Shown: positions 27,032-37,889 of the stretch, piece after piece
Layout: each line of letters opens with the position of its first letter
Numbering within the stretch: position 1 is the first letter of the stretch
From: Candidatus Omnitrophota bacterium
GTDB lineage: Bacteria > Omnitrophota > Gorgyraeia > Gygaellales > JBFMHM01
Assembly (NCBI GenBank): GCA_040753015.1
Contig: JBFMHM010000001.1
Span: 82,731 to 146,730, forward strand
DNA length: 64,000 nucleotides
Direction: 5' to 3'
Position numbers and translations under genes: made by a program
The notes under the pieces: generated by a model
What the model was told of the DNA's origin: nothing
Seen by the model: the letters and a program-made list of their open reading frames with translations, nothing else
Databases searched by the model: none

Positions 27032-27774
27032 TGGCTATTGTTAAGACTGAAGCGTTTGTATTAAATAAAAAAGATTTACGCGAAACAAGCATACTAGCGA
27101 CTTTTTTAACAAGAAATTTTGGTAAAATAAAGGGAGAACTAAAAGGTATAAGAACAACCCCTAAAAAATTCGGCTCAAGCCTTGAAATCGGCTCTTTAAA
27201 TGAAATTGTTTTTTATCAAAAACGTAGCCTTATACACCTAATTGATCAATGTGATTTAAAAGAAAGTTTTGATTTTATAAAAACGAATCATAAAATAATG
27301 TCTTTAGCATTTTATTTAATTGAATTAATTGACCTAATCATGCCGCTTGAAGAAAGAAATGAAGCTGTGTTTGATTTATTAAATAAGAGTTTAATTGCTT
27401 TATCAACAAAAGATGCGCTTAATTCACTGCATATATTCCAAATTAAACTATTAAAATTATCGGGGTTTAAACCTCATATTGACTCTTGCTTGTCATGCAA
27501 CAACGATATCGGGCAAAACTGCGCTTTATTCAGTTTAAGGTTAGGCGGGCTGCTTTGTCAAAATTGTTCCACGCGGGATAAAAATGCAAATCCAATTCTT
27601 GGAGGTACTATTGCATCTTTAAAACATATCGAAAAAAGTGACTGGCCAGGATCACTTCGCCTTAAATTAATGCCTGCTATACATAATGAATTGAATAAAC
27701 TCTTATTTAGTTTTTTTGATTTTCATTTAGAAAAACATCCTAGAAGTATAAAATTTTTGAAATATGCTGAATAA
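27031..27774 (+). CDS. recO: DNA repair protein RecO
   Basis: An N-terminal OB fold (AIVKTEAFVL) and a C-terminal zinc site (CLSCN...CQNC) are present. An ATGG overlap couples it to ybeY. Confidence 0.8.
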   Translation: MAIVKTEAFVLNKKDLRETSILATFLTRNFGKIKGELKGIRTTPKKFGSSLEIGSLNEIVFYQKRSLIHLIDQCDLKESFDFIKTNHKIMSLAFYLIELIDLIMPLEERNEAVFDLLNKSLIALSTKDALNSLHIFQIKLLKLSGFKPHIDSCLSCNNDIGQNCALFSLRLGGLLCQNCSTRDKNANPILGGTIASLKHIEKSDWPGSLRLKLMPAIHNELNKLLFSFFDFHLEKHPRSIKFLKYAE

Positions 27775-29485
27775 ACAAGTTGCAGATATATTTAATGAAA
27801 TAGCTAAAATTCTTGAGCTAAAAGGAGATAACGTATTTAGAATACGCGCCTACGGACGGGCTGCATTAAATATTGAATCGCTTGATGAAGATTTAAAAAA
27901 AATAGTAGATGAAGATAGGCTAGATAAAATCCCAGGGGTTGGCAAAGACCTGGCTGAAAAAATTAGGGAAATCGCAAAAACTGGAAAATTGAAATCTCTA
28001 GATGAATTAAAAAGAACCGTTCCTTACGGCCTTATCGAAATGTTAGATATACCTGGTATTGGACCAAAAAAAATAAAACTATTTTATGATAAATTAAAAA
28101 TTAAGAACATTGGAGAACTTCAAGAAAAGGCAAAAACCAAACAACTCCTAAAACTAGAAGGCATAAAAGAAAAAACAATTTATAACATTTTAAAAGGAAT
28201 TGAAATATTTAAAAAGGGCAAAGAGCGAATGCCACTAGCAACTGCAATAAAAATTGCAAATGAATTTATTGAAGAGTTAAAAAAAATACCATATATAAAA
28301 AAAATTATGCCTGCTGGCTCTCTCCGCCGTTGTAAAGAGAGTATTCGCGATATCGATATTCTGGTAATTTCAAAAAAACCTCACGAAGTTATGGATGCAT
28401 TTACAAAATTACCACAGGTTACTCGAATTATTGCCAAAGGCCAAACGAAATCATCTGTCTTAACAAGCGACAATACTCAAGTAGACCTACGAGTCCTAGA
28501 AGAGAGCTCTTACGGCGCAGCTTTAATTTATTTTACTGGATCAAAAGAATTTAATATAAAACTGCGGCAACTTGCAATTAAAAAAAATTTTAAAATTAAT
28601 GAATATGGCATATTCTCTGCGAAGGGGAAGAATAATAAACGAATTGCCGGTAAAACAGAAGAAGAATTATTTAAAACGCTTGGGCTTAAATATATTGAAC
28701 CAGAATTAAGAGAAGACCGAGGAGAAATTGAAGCAGCGCAAAAAAATAAACTGCCGAAACTAATTGAACTTAAAGATATAATCGGTGACTTTCATGTGCA
28801 TTCAAAATGGTCTGACGGTAAAAGCACAATCCAAGAAATGGCCGAAACGGCGCAAAAATTAGGGCTTAAATACATTAATTCAACGGACCACTCTAAAAGT
28901 CTAAAAATTGCGCGCGGATTATCAATAGCAGACTTAAAAAAGAAAAGAAAAGAAATTGATAAATTAAATAAAAAAAACAAGAATTTCAACATTCTTTTTG
29001 GCACAGAAGTTGATATTGATAGCAATGGAAAAATAGACTATCCAAATGAAGTTTTAAAACAGTTTGATGTTGTTGTTGCAGGAATTCATACGGGCTTTAA
29101 GCAATCAAGAGAGAGGCTTACAAGAAGAATAGTTATGGCTTGCCAAAATAAATATGTCCATATAATTGCTCATCCCAGCGGCCGGCTTTGGGGACAAAGA
29201 GAAGCCTATGATTTAGATTTTGAACAAATACTAAAAATATGCAGCGAAACTAATACAGCCCTAGAAGTCAGCGCATCTCCGAGCAGGCTTGACCTTAATG
29301 ATATAAATGCCCGAATGGCCAAAGAAAAAAAAGTAATGCTAGCTATTGGAAGTGATTCACATATTTATGAACAATTAACTTCACTAAAATTTGGCATAAT
29401 GGTGGCCCGGCGCGCATGGTTAGAAAAAAAAGATGTCTTAAATACCTTAGAGGTTAATGAATTATTAAGGAGAATTAAAAAATGA
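27764..29485 (+). CDS. DNA polymerase X family protein with C-terminal PHP domain
   Basis: ADIFNEIAKILELKGDNVFRIRAYGRAA (HhH), GSLRRCKESIRDIDILV (NTase), and the PHP motif HVHSKWSDGK are present. Confidence 0.85.
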   Translation: MLNKQVADIFNEIAKILELKGDNVFRIRAYGRAALNIESLDEDLKKIVDEDRLDKIPGVGKDLAEKIREIAKTGKLKSLDELKRTVPYGLIEMLDIPGIGPKKIKLFYDKLKIKNIGELQEKAKTKQLLKLEGIKEKTIYNILKGIEIFKKGKERMPLATAIKIANEFIEELKKIPYIKKIMPAGSLRRCKESIRDIDILVISKKPHEVMDAFTKLPQVTRIIAKGQTKSSVLTSDNTQVDLRVLEESSYGAALIYFTGSKEFNIKLRQLAIKKNFKINEYGIFSAKGKNNKRIAGKTEEELFKTLGLKYIEPELREDRGEIEAAQKNKLPKLIELKDIIGDFHVHSKWSDGKSTIQEMAETAQKLGLKYINSTDHSKSLKIARGLSIADLKKKRKEIDKLNKKNKNFNILFGTEVDIDSNGKIDYPNEVLKQFDVVVAGIHTGFKQSRERLTRRIVMACQNKYVHIIAHPSGRLWGQREAYDLDFEQILKICSETNTALEVSASPSRLDLNDINARMAKEKKVMLAIGSDSHIYEQLTSLKFGIMVARRAWLEKKDVLNTLEVNELLRRIKK

Positions 29486-30354
29486 GGAAAAACATTTGGA
29501 TATCTTTTATATTACTATTATTGGCAATTAATTGTTTTGCACAAACGGAAGAGCCAACATTATACCGTCAAAGAGAAATGATGCTAGGAACTTTTGTTGA
29601 GATAGTTTCACCAGATAAAAATGCAATAAAAACTGCATTTAGTGAAATAAAACGTTTAGAAGATATTACAACTAAGTTTAAAGAGGGAGCTGATATCTAC
29701 GAGCTAAATAAAAAGCGCTCTTTAAAAGTGCAACCAGAAACAATCGAGATAATTGAAAAAGCAAAATATTTTTATGATCTAACTAATGGCGCATTTGATA
29801 TCACGGCGGAGCTTGGCAAGAAGTCAAGAGGGCTTAGCGCAATTATAATTGATAAACAAAATCAAACTGTTACCCTAAAAGATCCTAACATAAATATTGA
29901 CTTAGGTGGAATTGGTGATGGCTATATTTTGGATAAAGTTGTTGCACTAGTGAAGAAACAAGGCGTAAGTTCAATGCTTATAAATGCTGGAGGAGATATT
30001 TACTGTTTAGGAAAAAAGTCAAAAGATAAACCTTGGGAAATTGGTATACAAAATCCTTATATAGAAAAAGATGTCTTGAAAATTATATCTTTGGAAAATA
30101 AAGCAATAACTACTTCCGGAACTTATCAACAACCAAAGCACATAATTAATCCAAAAACGGGTAAACCAGCCCAATCAAATATCGTGTCAGTAAGCATTAT
30201 TACGAATGATTGCATAACCGCAGACGCCTTAGCAACAGCGGCTTTTGTTTTAGGAAAAGATAAAGCTCTAAAAATGATATCTGCTATAGGCGGTAAAAAA
30301 ATAGACGCATATATTTATACAAAAAAAGATATAATAAAAATAATGAATGGATAG
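29482..30354 (+). CDS. apbE: FAD:protein FMN transferase ApbE (lipoprotein)
   Basis: Signal peptide. IDLGGIGDGYILDKV and the C-terminal DALATAAFVLG match ApbE. Confidence 0.75.
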   Translation: MRKNIWISFILLLLAINCFAQTEEPTLYRQREMMLGTFVEIVSPDKNAIKTAFSEIKRLEDITTKFKEGADIYELNKKRSLKVQPETIEIIEKAKYFYDLTNGAFDITAELGKKSRGLSAIIIDKQNQTVTLKDPNINIDLGGIGDGYILDKVVALVKKQGVSSMLINAGGDIYCLGKKSKDKPWEIGIQNPYIEKDVLKIISLENKAITTSGTYQQPKHIINPKTGKPAQSNIVSVSIITNDCITADALATAAFVLGKDKALKMISAIGGKKIDAYIYTKKDIIKIMNG

Positions 30355-31183
30355 AAAATTAACTATTGAAGATATCCTGTCGTTAAAAGGCAAGCGAAAA
30401 ATTACCATGCTCACCGCCTATGATTACCCGTTTGCATCAATAATTGATGAAGCGGGAGTTGATATAATTTTAGTAGGGGACTCTTTAGCAAATGTTGTAC
30501 TTGGACTTAACAGCACTACCGAAATCGGAATGAGCGAAATGTTGGTTGCTGCAAAAGCAGTTACACGCGCTGTAAAAAAATCTCTCGTCGTTGGTGATAT
30601 GCCTTATGAGGCATATCAATTAGGTAAGGGCACATCGCGATATGCCCCTACGGTTAACGCAAGACGCTTTATCGATGAAGCAAAATGTGATGCGATAAAA
30701 CTAGAATGGTTTGATAATTGTATCGAAGTAACTCGTGAAATTATAAAAGAAAATATTCCTGTTATGGGGCACATCGGGATTACTCCGCAAACCGCTGATA
30801 AATTAGGCGGGTTTAAAGTGCAAGGCAAAGATATCGAAAGTGCAAAAACATTAATTGATGAAGCGAAAAAATTAGAAGACGCTGGCTGTTTTTCAATTGT
30901 CTTAGAATGCATTCCAGATACTGTTTCAAAAATAATTACATCTAAGCTATCAATACCAACGATTGGAATTGGTGCAGGTTTAAATTGTGATGGACAAGCG
31001 CTAGTTACCTATGATATACTTGGTTTGTTTAAACGCTTTCAACCAAAATTTGTTAAACAATACGTAGATTTATCGAAAGAAATTGAAAAAGCAGTAAATG
31101 ATTTTAAGCTTGAAGTGGAATCACAAAAATTTCCCGATAAAGCTCACAGTTTTAATTCAAACATAAAAGAAAAAGACTTATAA
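30347..31183 (+). CDS. panB: 3-methyl-2-oxobutanoate hydroxymethyltransferase
   Basis: ITMLTAYDYPFASIIDEAGVDIILVGDSLANVVLG and GHIGITPQ are present. Confidence 0.88.
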   Translation: MDRKLTIEDILSLKGKRKITMLTAYDYPFASIIDEAGVDIILVGDSLANVVLGLNSTTEIGMSEMLVAAKAVTRAVKKSLVVGDMPYEAYQLGKGTSRYAPTVNARRFIDEAKCDAIKLEWFDNCIEVTREIIKENIPVMGHIGITPQTADKLGGFKVQGKDIESAKTLIDEAKKLEDAGCFSIVLECIPDTVSKIITSKLSIPTIGIGAGLNCDGQALVTYDILGLFKRFQPKFVKQYVDLSKEIEKAVNDFKLEVESQKFPDKAHSFNSNIKEKDL

Positions 31184-31192
31184 ATTTTTACA

Positions 31193-32491
31193 ATGGAAAA
31201 AATAATTTCATTATGTAAACGCCGGGGTTTTATTTTTCAAGGGTCAGAAATTTATGGCGGCCTTGCAAATACTTGGGATTATGGCCCACTAGGCGTAGAA
31301 TTAAAAAATAATGTAAAACGCGCTTGGTGGAAGGCAAGCATTTATGACCGCTTTGATATGTATGGGCTAGATAGCGCAATTTTAATGCATCCAAAAACTT
31401 GGGAAGCATCAGGCCACACAAAAAACTTTTCAGATATTTTAGTAGATTGCAAGACGTGTAAAAAACGCTTACGGGCCGATAAGATTAAAGGAATCTGTCC
31501 GGAATGTGGCGGCAAAGAATTTACAGAAGGCCGGCCGTTTAATTTAATGTTTAAAACCGAGATTGGCGTAGTTAGCGACGCAACATCAATTGCTTATCTT
31601 CGCCCAGAAACTGCCCAAGGAATATTTGTAAACTTTCTAAATATACTTGATTCAATGCATCCAAAACTTCCTTTTGGAATTGCCCAAATTGGAAAATCTT
31701 TCCGCAATGAAATTACTCCGGGAAATTATACCTTTCGCACGCGCGAATTCGAACAAATGGAAATTGAATATTTCGTTAAGCCAGAGGCTGCGGAAAAATA
31801 TTATAATGAGTGGATAGAATCAAGATTCAATTGGTATACCAGTTTAGGTATAAAAAAAGAAAACTTAAGGATTAGGCCGCACGAAAAAAATGAACTTGCA
31901 CACTATGCTCTTGCCTGCTCTGATATTGAATATAAATTCCCCTTTGAAGGCGGAGATTGGCAAGAGCTTGAAGGAATTGCCAACCGTACAGATTTTGATT
32001 TAAAACAACATTCTGAATTCAGCGGAAAGAAATTAGAATATTTCGATGAGGCAACGAAAGAAAGATTCTTACCTTATATTATAGAACCTTCTGGAGGAGT
32101 TGACCGGGCAACGCTTGCATTCTTAGTTGATGCGTATTGCGAAGAGGAAGTAAAAGAGGCAACGCGAGTAGTCCTAAAATTGCACCATAAACTATCCCCA
32201 TATAAAATTGCTGTTTTTCCACTTTTGAAAAATAGGCCGCAAGTAGTTGAGCTTGCAAAAAAAATCGCACTTGATTTGAAAAAATATTTTATTACAATTT
32301 ATGATGATACTGGAGCAATTGGAAAACTTTACCGCAGGCAAGATGAAATAGGAACGCCTTTTTGCGTAACAGTAGATGTGCAATCAACGGAAGATCAAAA
32401 AGTTACAATTAGAAATCGCGACACAATGTTACAAGACAGAATAGATATTAATAACTTAAAAAAATATTTTGAAGAAAAAATAATTATATAA
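31193..32491 (+). CDS. glyQS: glycyl-tRNA synthetase (alpha2 type)
   Basis: RRGFIFQGSEIYGGLANTWDYGPLG and FRNEITPGNYTFRTREFEQME are present, with a C-terminal anticodon-binding domain. Confidence 0.88.
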   Translation: MEKIISLCKRRGFIFQGSEIYGGLANTWDYGPLGVELKNNVKRAWWKASIYDRFDMYGLDSAILMHPKTWEASGHTKNFSDILVDCKTCKKRLRADKIKGICPECGGKEFTEGRPFNLMFKTEIGVVSDATSIAYLRPETAQGIFVNFLNILDSMHPKLPFGIAQIGKSFRNEITPGNYTFRTREFEQMEIEYFVKPEAAEKYYNEWIESRFNWYTSLGIKKENLRIRPHEKNELAHYALACSDIEYKFPFEGGDWQELEGIANRTDFDLKQHSEFSGKKLEYFDEATKERFLPYIIEPSGGVDRATLAFLVDAYCEEEVKEATRVVLKLHHKLSPYKIAVFPLLKNRPQVVELAKKIALDLKKYFITIYDDTGAIGKLYRRQDEIGTPFCVTVDVQSTEDQKVTIRNRDTMLQDRIDINNLKKYFEEKIII

Positions 32492-32546
32492 ATGTAGGAA
32501 ACGGTTTACAAACCGCTCCCTACGCAAATTGAAAGGGGCAGAAAAA

Positions 32547-35276
32547 ATGGCAACAAAAAAATATGTTTACTTCTTTGGTGGTGGAAAAGCAGATGGTAAC
32601 GCAAGTATGAAAAATTTACTCGGAGGAAAAGGGGCAAATCTAGCTGAAATGGCAGGACATAAAGATTTAAGGCTTCCTGTTCCGCCCGGTTTTACAATTA
32701 CAACTGAAGTTTGCACATATTACTATAAAAATGGAAAAAAATACCCAAAAGAATTAAAAGCCCAAGTGCAAAAATCTCTGGCTAAAGTCGAAACTTTAAT
32801 GGGTAAAAAATTTGGCTCAACCGAAGACCCACTTTTAGTTTCAGTGCGTTCTGGCGCAAGAAAATCAATGCCGGGTATGATGGAAACAGTTTTAAATGTC
32901 GGCCTTACAGAAAAAACAATACCCGGATTAATTAAAAAAACTGGCAATGAAAGATTTGCCTATGATGCCTACAGAAGGCTTCTTACAATGTACTCTGATG
33001 TTGTTATGGAAAAAGCAGCAGGCATTGAACCAAAAAGCGATCATTTAGGTATTCGTAAACAACTTGAAAAAATAATGGATACGGTTAAAGAAGAAAAAGG
33101 TTGTACACAAGATACTGACTTAACTGTTGAAGATTTAAAAAAAATTTGTTCTGCCTACAAATCAAAGATTAAAGAAGTTCTAGGTAAAGAATTTCCTGAT
33201 GACCCCTATTTGCAACTTTGGGGTGGCATTGGCGCAGTGTTTGCATCATGGAATGGCAAAAGAGCAATTTCCTATCGCAAAATCGAAGGCATACCAGAAG
33301 AATGGGGCACAGCAGTAAACGTGCAATCTATGGTGTTTGGAAACATGGGCAATGCATCCGCTACTGGTGTTGCATTCAGCAGAAATCCAGCAAATGGTGA
33401 GAATAAATTTTACGGAGAATATCTAATTAATGCTCAGGGTGAAGACGTTGTTGCTGGCATTAGAACTCCCGCGCCAGTAAACGAAGATTCAAAAAATGAA
33501 CAAAACAAAGCATTGACTAGCCTAGAAAAAGCAATGCCTAAGCTCTATAAAGAATTGTTCGAAATTAAAAAACGCCTCGAGAATCATTATCGCGATATGC
33601 AAGACATTGAGTTTACAATTGAAAATGGCGTACTTTATATGCTGCAATGCCGCGTTGGAAAACGCAACGGGCCTGCTGCTGTTAAAATGGCAGTAGATAT
33701 GCATAAAGAAAAATTCATTTCAAAAGAAGAAGCTGTATCTAGAGTAACACCGTCACAGCTTGATGAATTGCTCCATCCAATGATCGACCCAAAAGAAGAA
33801 TTGAAAGTTAAACCGCTTGCAAAAGGGCTTCCTGCAGGCCCAGGTGGTGCTGTTGGCATGGCTGTGTTTAATGCAAAAGATGCTGTTGAATGGGCAAAAC
33901 AAGGTAAAAAAGTAATTTTAGTGCGTGAAGAAACAAACCCTGAAGACGTCGAAGGCATGCGTGCAGCACAAGCAATTCTTACATCGCGCGGCGGCATGAC
34001 ATCGCACGCAGCGCTTGTTGCCCGTGGTTGGGGAAAATGCTGCATTGTAGGTTGTGGCGCATTAGAGGTAGACGCACATAAAAAAGAATTACACGTAGAT
34101 GGAAAAATTATCAAAGAAGGAGGCTGGCTCACATTAAACGGCACAAAAGGCGCTGTTTATGAAGGCAAGCTTGCAATGATAGATGCAACCGAAGAAAATA
34201 AACTGCTTAATGATTTTTTAAAACTTGCTGATGGTATTCGTAAACTTAAAGTCCGGACAAATGCTGATACTCCAGAAGATGCAAAAAAAGCCCGCGCCTT
34301 TGGAGCAGAAGGCATTGGCTTATTTAGAACCGAACATATGTTTTACGGTGCTGGTTCTGATGAACCGCTTTTTAAACTTCGTAAAATGATTGTTTCATCA
34401 ACACAAGAAGAGCGCCAAAAAGCAGTTGATGAATTATTTCCTCACGTAAAACATGATATAAAACAAACGCTTGAAGCAATGGCAGGTTATCCTGTAACTA
34501 TTCGACTACTTGATCCGCCGCTTCATGAGTTTATTCCAAAAGAAAAAGATAAACTAGAAGAGCTCGCAAAAAGCTTAAATATTACAATGGAACAGCTTGA
34601 AAAACGCGCAGAAGCATTACACGAATCAAACCCAATGATGGGCCACCGCGGGGTAAGGCTTGGCGTAACCTATCCAGAAGTAACTAAAATGCAAGTACGC
34701 GCAATTCTAGAGTCTGCAGCAGAGTTAGTAAAAGCGGGATTAAAAGTTGAGCCAGAAATAATGATTCCTGTTGTCTGCGATAAAAAAGAGCTTGATAATC
34801 AATATACACTGATTACTTCCATATATAAAGAAGTTCTTGCAAAATACGGAATGAAGAAACTTAATTATATGGTCGGCACAATGATTGAAATTCCGCGCGC
34901 AGCCTTAATGGCAAGCGAAATCGCTCAAAGCGCTGAATTTTTCTCATTTGGCACAAATGACTTAACACAAATGACTTTTGGTTTTTCAAGAGATGATATT
35001 GGCGGGTTTTTGCCAGATTATCTGAATAAAGGAATCTTGCCGGGTGATCCATTCCAAAGTATTGATAAGAATGGCGTAGGTGAATTAATTGATATCGGCA
35101 TTAAACGCGGAAGAAAAACAAAACCAAACTTAAAAATAGGCATCTGCGGTGAACATGGCGGCGAACCACAATCGGTTGAATTCTGCCACAAGGTTGGAAT
35201 GAATTATGTCAGCTGTTCGCCGTTTAGAGTGCCAATTGCGCGCCTAGCAGCTGCACAAGCAGTATTGAAGAGGTAA
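32547..35276 (+). CDS. ppdK: pyruvate, phosphate dikinase
   Basis: The start is revised to [13 protein letters not shown]; the track ORF begins at 32529. The catalytic His region reads [15 protein letters not shown], the C-terminal PEP-utilising domain has GICGEHGG, and the length matches. Confidence 0.92.
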   Translation: MATKKYVYFFGGGKADGNASMKNLLGGKGANLAEMAGHKDLRLPVPPGFTITTEVCTYYYKNGKKYPKELKAQVQKSLAKVETLMGKKFGSTEDPLLVSVRSGARKSMPGMMETVLNVGLTEKTIPGLIKKTGNERFAYDAYRRLLTMYSDVVMEKAAGIEPKSDHLGIRKQLEKIMDTVKEEKGCTQDTDLTVEDLKKICSAYKSKIKEVLGKEFPDDPYLQLWGGIGAVFASWNGKRAISYRKIEGIPEEWGTAVNVQSMVFGNMGNASATGVAFSRNPANGENKFYGEYLINAQGEDVVAGIRTPAPVNEDSKNEQNKALTSLEKAMPKLYKELFEIKKRLENHYRDMQDIEFTIENGVLYMLQCRVGKRNGPAAVKMAVDMHKEKFISKEEAVSRVTPSQLDELLHPMIDPKEELKVKPLAKGLPAGPGGAVGMAVFNAKDAVEWAKQGKKVILVREETNPEDVEGMRAAQAILTSRGGMTSHAALVARGWGKCCIVGCGALEVDAHKKELHVDGKIIKEGGWLTLNGTKGAVYEGKLAMIDATEENKLLNDFLKLADGIRKLKVRTNADTPEDAKKARAFGAEGIGLFRTEHMFYGAGSDEPLFKLRKMIVSSTQEERQKAVDELFPHVKHDIKQTLEAMAGYPVTIRLLDPPLHEFIPKEKDKLEELAKSLNITMEQLEKRAEALHESNPMMGHRGVRLGVTYPEVTKMQVRAILESAAELVKAGLKVEPEIMIPVVCDKKELDNQYTLITSIYKEVLAKYGMKKLNYMVGTMIEIPRAALMASEIAQSAEFFSFGTNDLTQMTFGFSRDDIGGFLPDYLNKGILPGDPFQSIDKNGVGELIDIGIKRGRKTKPNLKIGICGEHGGEPQSVEFCHKVGMNYVSCSPFRVPIARLAAAQAVLKR

Positions 35277-35277
35277 C

Positions 35278-36099
35278 ATGGAAGCGATACGCGCTTACCT
35301 TAAAGAAATAAAGAATATCCCTCTTCTTAAACCTGAGGAAGAAATTGAACTTGCAATAAAAATTAAAAAAGGCAATAAAGCCGCGCGTAAAAAGATGATA
35401 CAGTCAAACCTACGGCTTGTTATTAATGTTGCAAAGCGCTATATTCATTTTGGCGTTCCTTTAATGGATTTGATAGAAGAAGGGAATATAGGGCTAATGA
35501 GAGCAGTAGACAAATTTAATCATAAAAAAGGATTTCGCTTCTCTACTTATGCAACATGGTGGATAAGACAAGCAATAACACGTTTTATTGCCGATCATGG
35601 TAAATTAATCCGTGTTCCTGTTTATATGAACGATCAGCTCGTGCAATGGAAAAAGACAATTAATGATTTAAAACAAAAGTTAGGCCGTGAACCATTACAA
35701 GAAGAAATAGCAAAAAAAATGCAAGTACCAATATCAAAAGTAGAAGAAATTAGCAAATGGGTCATTAAAACAGGTTCCCTAGAAGCCCCTATTGGCGACA
35801 ACGAAGAAGGCCAAATTATAGACCTCGTTGAAAATACCCAGGTAGCCAGCCCAGACGAAGAAGTAACCAAGCTTTTAAAACATGAACGTATAGGTAATTT
35901 ATTAGCAAAGGTAACTGATAAAGAAAAAAAGGTTCTAAATCTACGATTTGGCCTAATCGATCAAAAACCAATGACGCTTGCACAAGTAGCTAATAAACTT
36001 AAAGTTTCTCGTGAACGAATAAGGCAAATCGAAGAAAATGCACTTTCAAAATTAAAAAACATGATAAATCAAGAAAATAGAGAACAAAAGGTATATTAA
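35278..36099 (+). CDS. RNA polymerase sigma-70 family factor (group 1/2-like, short)
   Basis: Region 2 reads [37 protein letters not shown]. Region 4 reads [15 protein letters not shown]...[20 protein letters not shown]. Confidence 0.85.
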   Translation: MEAIRAYLKEIKNIPLLKPEEEIELAIKIKKGNKAARKKMIQSNLRLVINVAKRYIHFGVPLMDLIEEGNIGLMRAVDKFNHKKGFRFSTYATWWIRQAITRFIADHGKLIRVPVYMNDQLVQWKKTINDLKQKLGREPLQEEIAKKMQVPISKVEEISKWVIKTGSLEAPIGDNEEGQIIDLVENTQVASPDEEVTKLLKHERIGNLLAKVTDKEKKVLNLRFGLIDQKPMTLAQVANKLKVSRERIRQIEENALSKLKNMINQENREQKVY

Positions 36100-36100
36100 A

Positions 36101-36634
36101 ATGAGCAAGCAATCTGATTTTAAAAAATATATTCGTAATATACCCGACTTCCCGAAAAAAGGAATAATTTTTCGCGATATTACTACGTTAATTGAAAATA
36201 AAATTGCTTTTAAAAAAGCAATTGACTTAATGGCGAAACAATTTAAAAATGTAAAAATTGATAAAGTTGCTGGCGTTGAAGCGCGAGGGTTTATTTTTGG
36301 CGGGGCAATTGCCTATAAGCTAGGTGTTGGTTTTGTACCAATCAGAAAAAAAGGGAAACTTCCATATAAAACTAAAAGCATTAGCTATTCGCTAGAGTAC
36401 GGCGTAGATACTTTAGAAATACATGAAGATGCAATTAAAAAAGGCGAACGAGTTTTAATTATCGATGACCTTTTAGCAACCGGGGGTACAGTAAAAGCAG
36501 TTTGCGATTTAATTGATAGTGTCGGCGGAAAGATCATTGGTATAGAGTTTTTAATTGAGCTTGTTGATTTAAAAGGCCGCCAGAAATTAAGCAAATATCC
36601 GATTGTTTCATTTGTTGAGTTTGAAGGCGAATAG
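36101..36634 (+). CDS. apt: adenine phosphoribosyltransferase
   Basis: FRDITTLIENK and VLIIDDLLATGGT (the PRPP motif) are present. Length is 177 aa. Confidence 0.88.
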   Translation: MSKQSDFKKYIRNIPDFPKKGIIFRDITTLIENKIAFKKAIDLMAKQFKNVKIDKVAGVEARGFIFGGAIAYKLGVGFVPIRKKGKLPYKTKSISYSLEYGVDTLEIHEDAIKKGERVLIIDDLLATGGTVKAVCDLIDSVGGKIIGIEFLIELVDLKGRQKLSKYPIVSFVEFEGE

Positions 36635-36635
36635 C

Positions 36636-36743
36636 GCCCCCGTAGCTTCAGCCAAAGGCTGATAGGATAGACTAAGTTATGCCCCCGTAGCTTCAGCCAA
36701 AGGCTGATCCGCCTCTGGCGGACAATAGGATAGACTAAGTTAT
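36636..36743 (+). repeat. two tandem partial copies of the tRNA-Arg 5' half with palindromic inserts (45-nt and 63-nt units)
   Basis: Unit 1 (36636-36680) reads GCCCCCGTAGCT, then the hairpin TCAGCCAAAGGCTGA, then TAGGATAGACTAAGTTAT. Unit 2 (36681-36743) is the same plus an extra hairpin, TCCGCCTCTGGCGGA. The tRNA acceptor, D-stem and D-loop parts are identical to the downstream tRNA. Confidence 0.7.
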
Positions 36744-36816
36744 GCCCCCGTAGCTCAATAGGATAGAGCAGCGGTTTCCTAAACCGCGCGCGGGCGTTCG
36801 AATCGTCCCGGGGGCA
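36744..36816 (+). tRNA. tRNA-Arg (anticodon CCT)
   Basis: Folded by hand. Acceptor GCCCCCG/CGGGGGC, D-arm GCTC-AATAGGATA-GAGC, anticodon arm GCGGT-TTCCTAA-ACCGC, a 4-nt variable loop, T-arm GGGCG-TTCGAAT-CGTCC and discriminator A. No CCA is encoded. Confidence 0.8.
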
Positions 36817-36878
36817 CATAAATACAGAATTAAGAGTTAAGAAATAAGAATTAAGATAAAATCAAATACAAATAATTT

Positions 36879-37520
36879 ATGTTTGATTTACACACGCATT
36901 CAATATTAAGTGATGGGCATTTACTTCCAAGCGAAGTTGCCCGTCGATATGAAGAAAAAGGTTACAAAATAATTGCCATAACCGACCATGTTGACCGTTC
37001 AAACATAGAATTTGTCTGCAGTTCAATTCTAGAGTTCACAAATTCATTTAGGAACAATAAAATTAAAGTTTTACCAGGAGTAGAACTCAGTCACATTCCA
37101 CCTGACCAGTTCCTGCCGCTTGCAGAATATGCTCGTTCCCGTGGAATAAAAATTATTATTGGCCACGGAGAAACTATAGTTGAGCCGGTAATCCCCGGCA
37201 CAAATCGCGCAGCAATTCAAGCTGATGTAGATATTTTAGCCCACCCCGGATTAATTAGTAAAGAAGATGTAAAACTTGCTGTAAAAAAAGGCACATTTTT
37301 AGAAATTACTTCCCGCCGCGGCCACTCATTAACTAACGGACACATTGCAAAACTTGCTTTAAAATATAAAGCAAAAATTTCTATTGACTCCGATTCCCAC
37401 GGCCCAGAAGATATCTTAAATCCCGAAGACAAATTAAAAATCGCTCAAGGCAGCGGCCTATCCTTAGAACAAATAGCCCTCGCTTATAAAAATTTAGAAA
37501 ATTTTCTAAAAAATAAATAA
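36879..37520 (+). CDS. PHP-domain metal-dependent phosphoesterase (histidinol-phosphatase family)
   Basis: MFDLHTHSILSDGH, ITDHVD and HPG are the PHP His/Asp motifs. Confidence 0.65.
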   Translation: MFDLHTHSILSDGHLLPSEVARRYEEKGYKIIAITDHVDRSNIEFVCSSILEFTNSFRNNKIKVLPGVELSHIPPDQFLPLAEYARSRGIKIIIGHGETIVEPVIPGTNRAAIQADVDILAHPGLISKEDVKLAVKKGTFLEITSRRGHSLTNGHIAKLALKYKAKISIDSDSHGPEDILNPEDKLKIAQGSGLSLEQIALAYKNLENFLKNK

Positions 37521-37609
37521 TCTGTGGTATAATATATTGCAAAAATAAGAGGATATTAGAATGCCTGAGATATCAAGATTTTATTGAGCCATTAAATTAG
37601 GAGAAGGCA

Positions 37610-37876
37610 ATGATAGATTTAAAAAAAGCAGAATATTTAGGTGATTACAAAATAAGACTTACTTTTGAAGACGGTAAAAGTGGCGTAGTTGACTTTGCGT
37701 CTTATATTGATAAAAAAGGAGTCTTTAAAAAATTCGAGGATTTATCTTTTTTTAAAAATTTTGTTATTGATCCTGAAGTTAAAACACTTATGTGGGGGAA
37801 TGAAATTGATATAGCACCTGAAATACTTTATTCTCAAGCAACCCACTCTTGTCTTCCAAAATGGATGCAGAGTTAA
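37610..37876 (+). CDS. DUF2442-family protein
   Basis: EYLGDYKIRLTFEDGKSGVVDFASYI is the typical DUF2442 N-terminus. Confidence 0.55.
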   Translation: MIDLKKAEYLGDYKIRLTFEDGKSGVVDFASYIDKKGVFKKFEDLSFFKNFVIDPEVKTLMWGNEIDIAPEILYSQATHSCLPKWMQS

Positions 37877-37889
37877 CCCGGAGGAGAAA

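Noticed and set aside
33635-34144. 169-aa antisense ORF inside ppdK, plus the other nested antisense ORFs in dnaE, guaA, the CARDB genes, the giant gene and the Rhs gene
   Set aside because: All lie inside strongly supported genes on the opposite strand or in another frame, with biased low-complexity translations. They are typical shadow ORFs.
36385-36819. 144-aa minus-strand ORF across the tRNA region
   Set aside because: It is translated from the tRNA-Arg and its partial copies. It has low-complexity artefactual sequence and no RBS.
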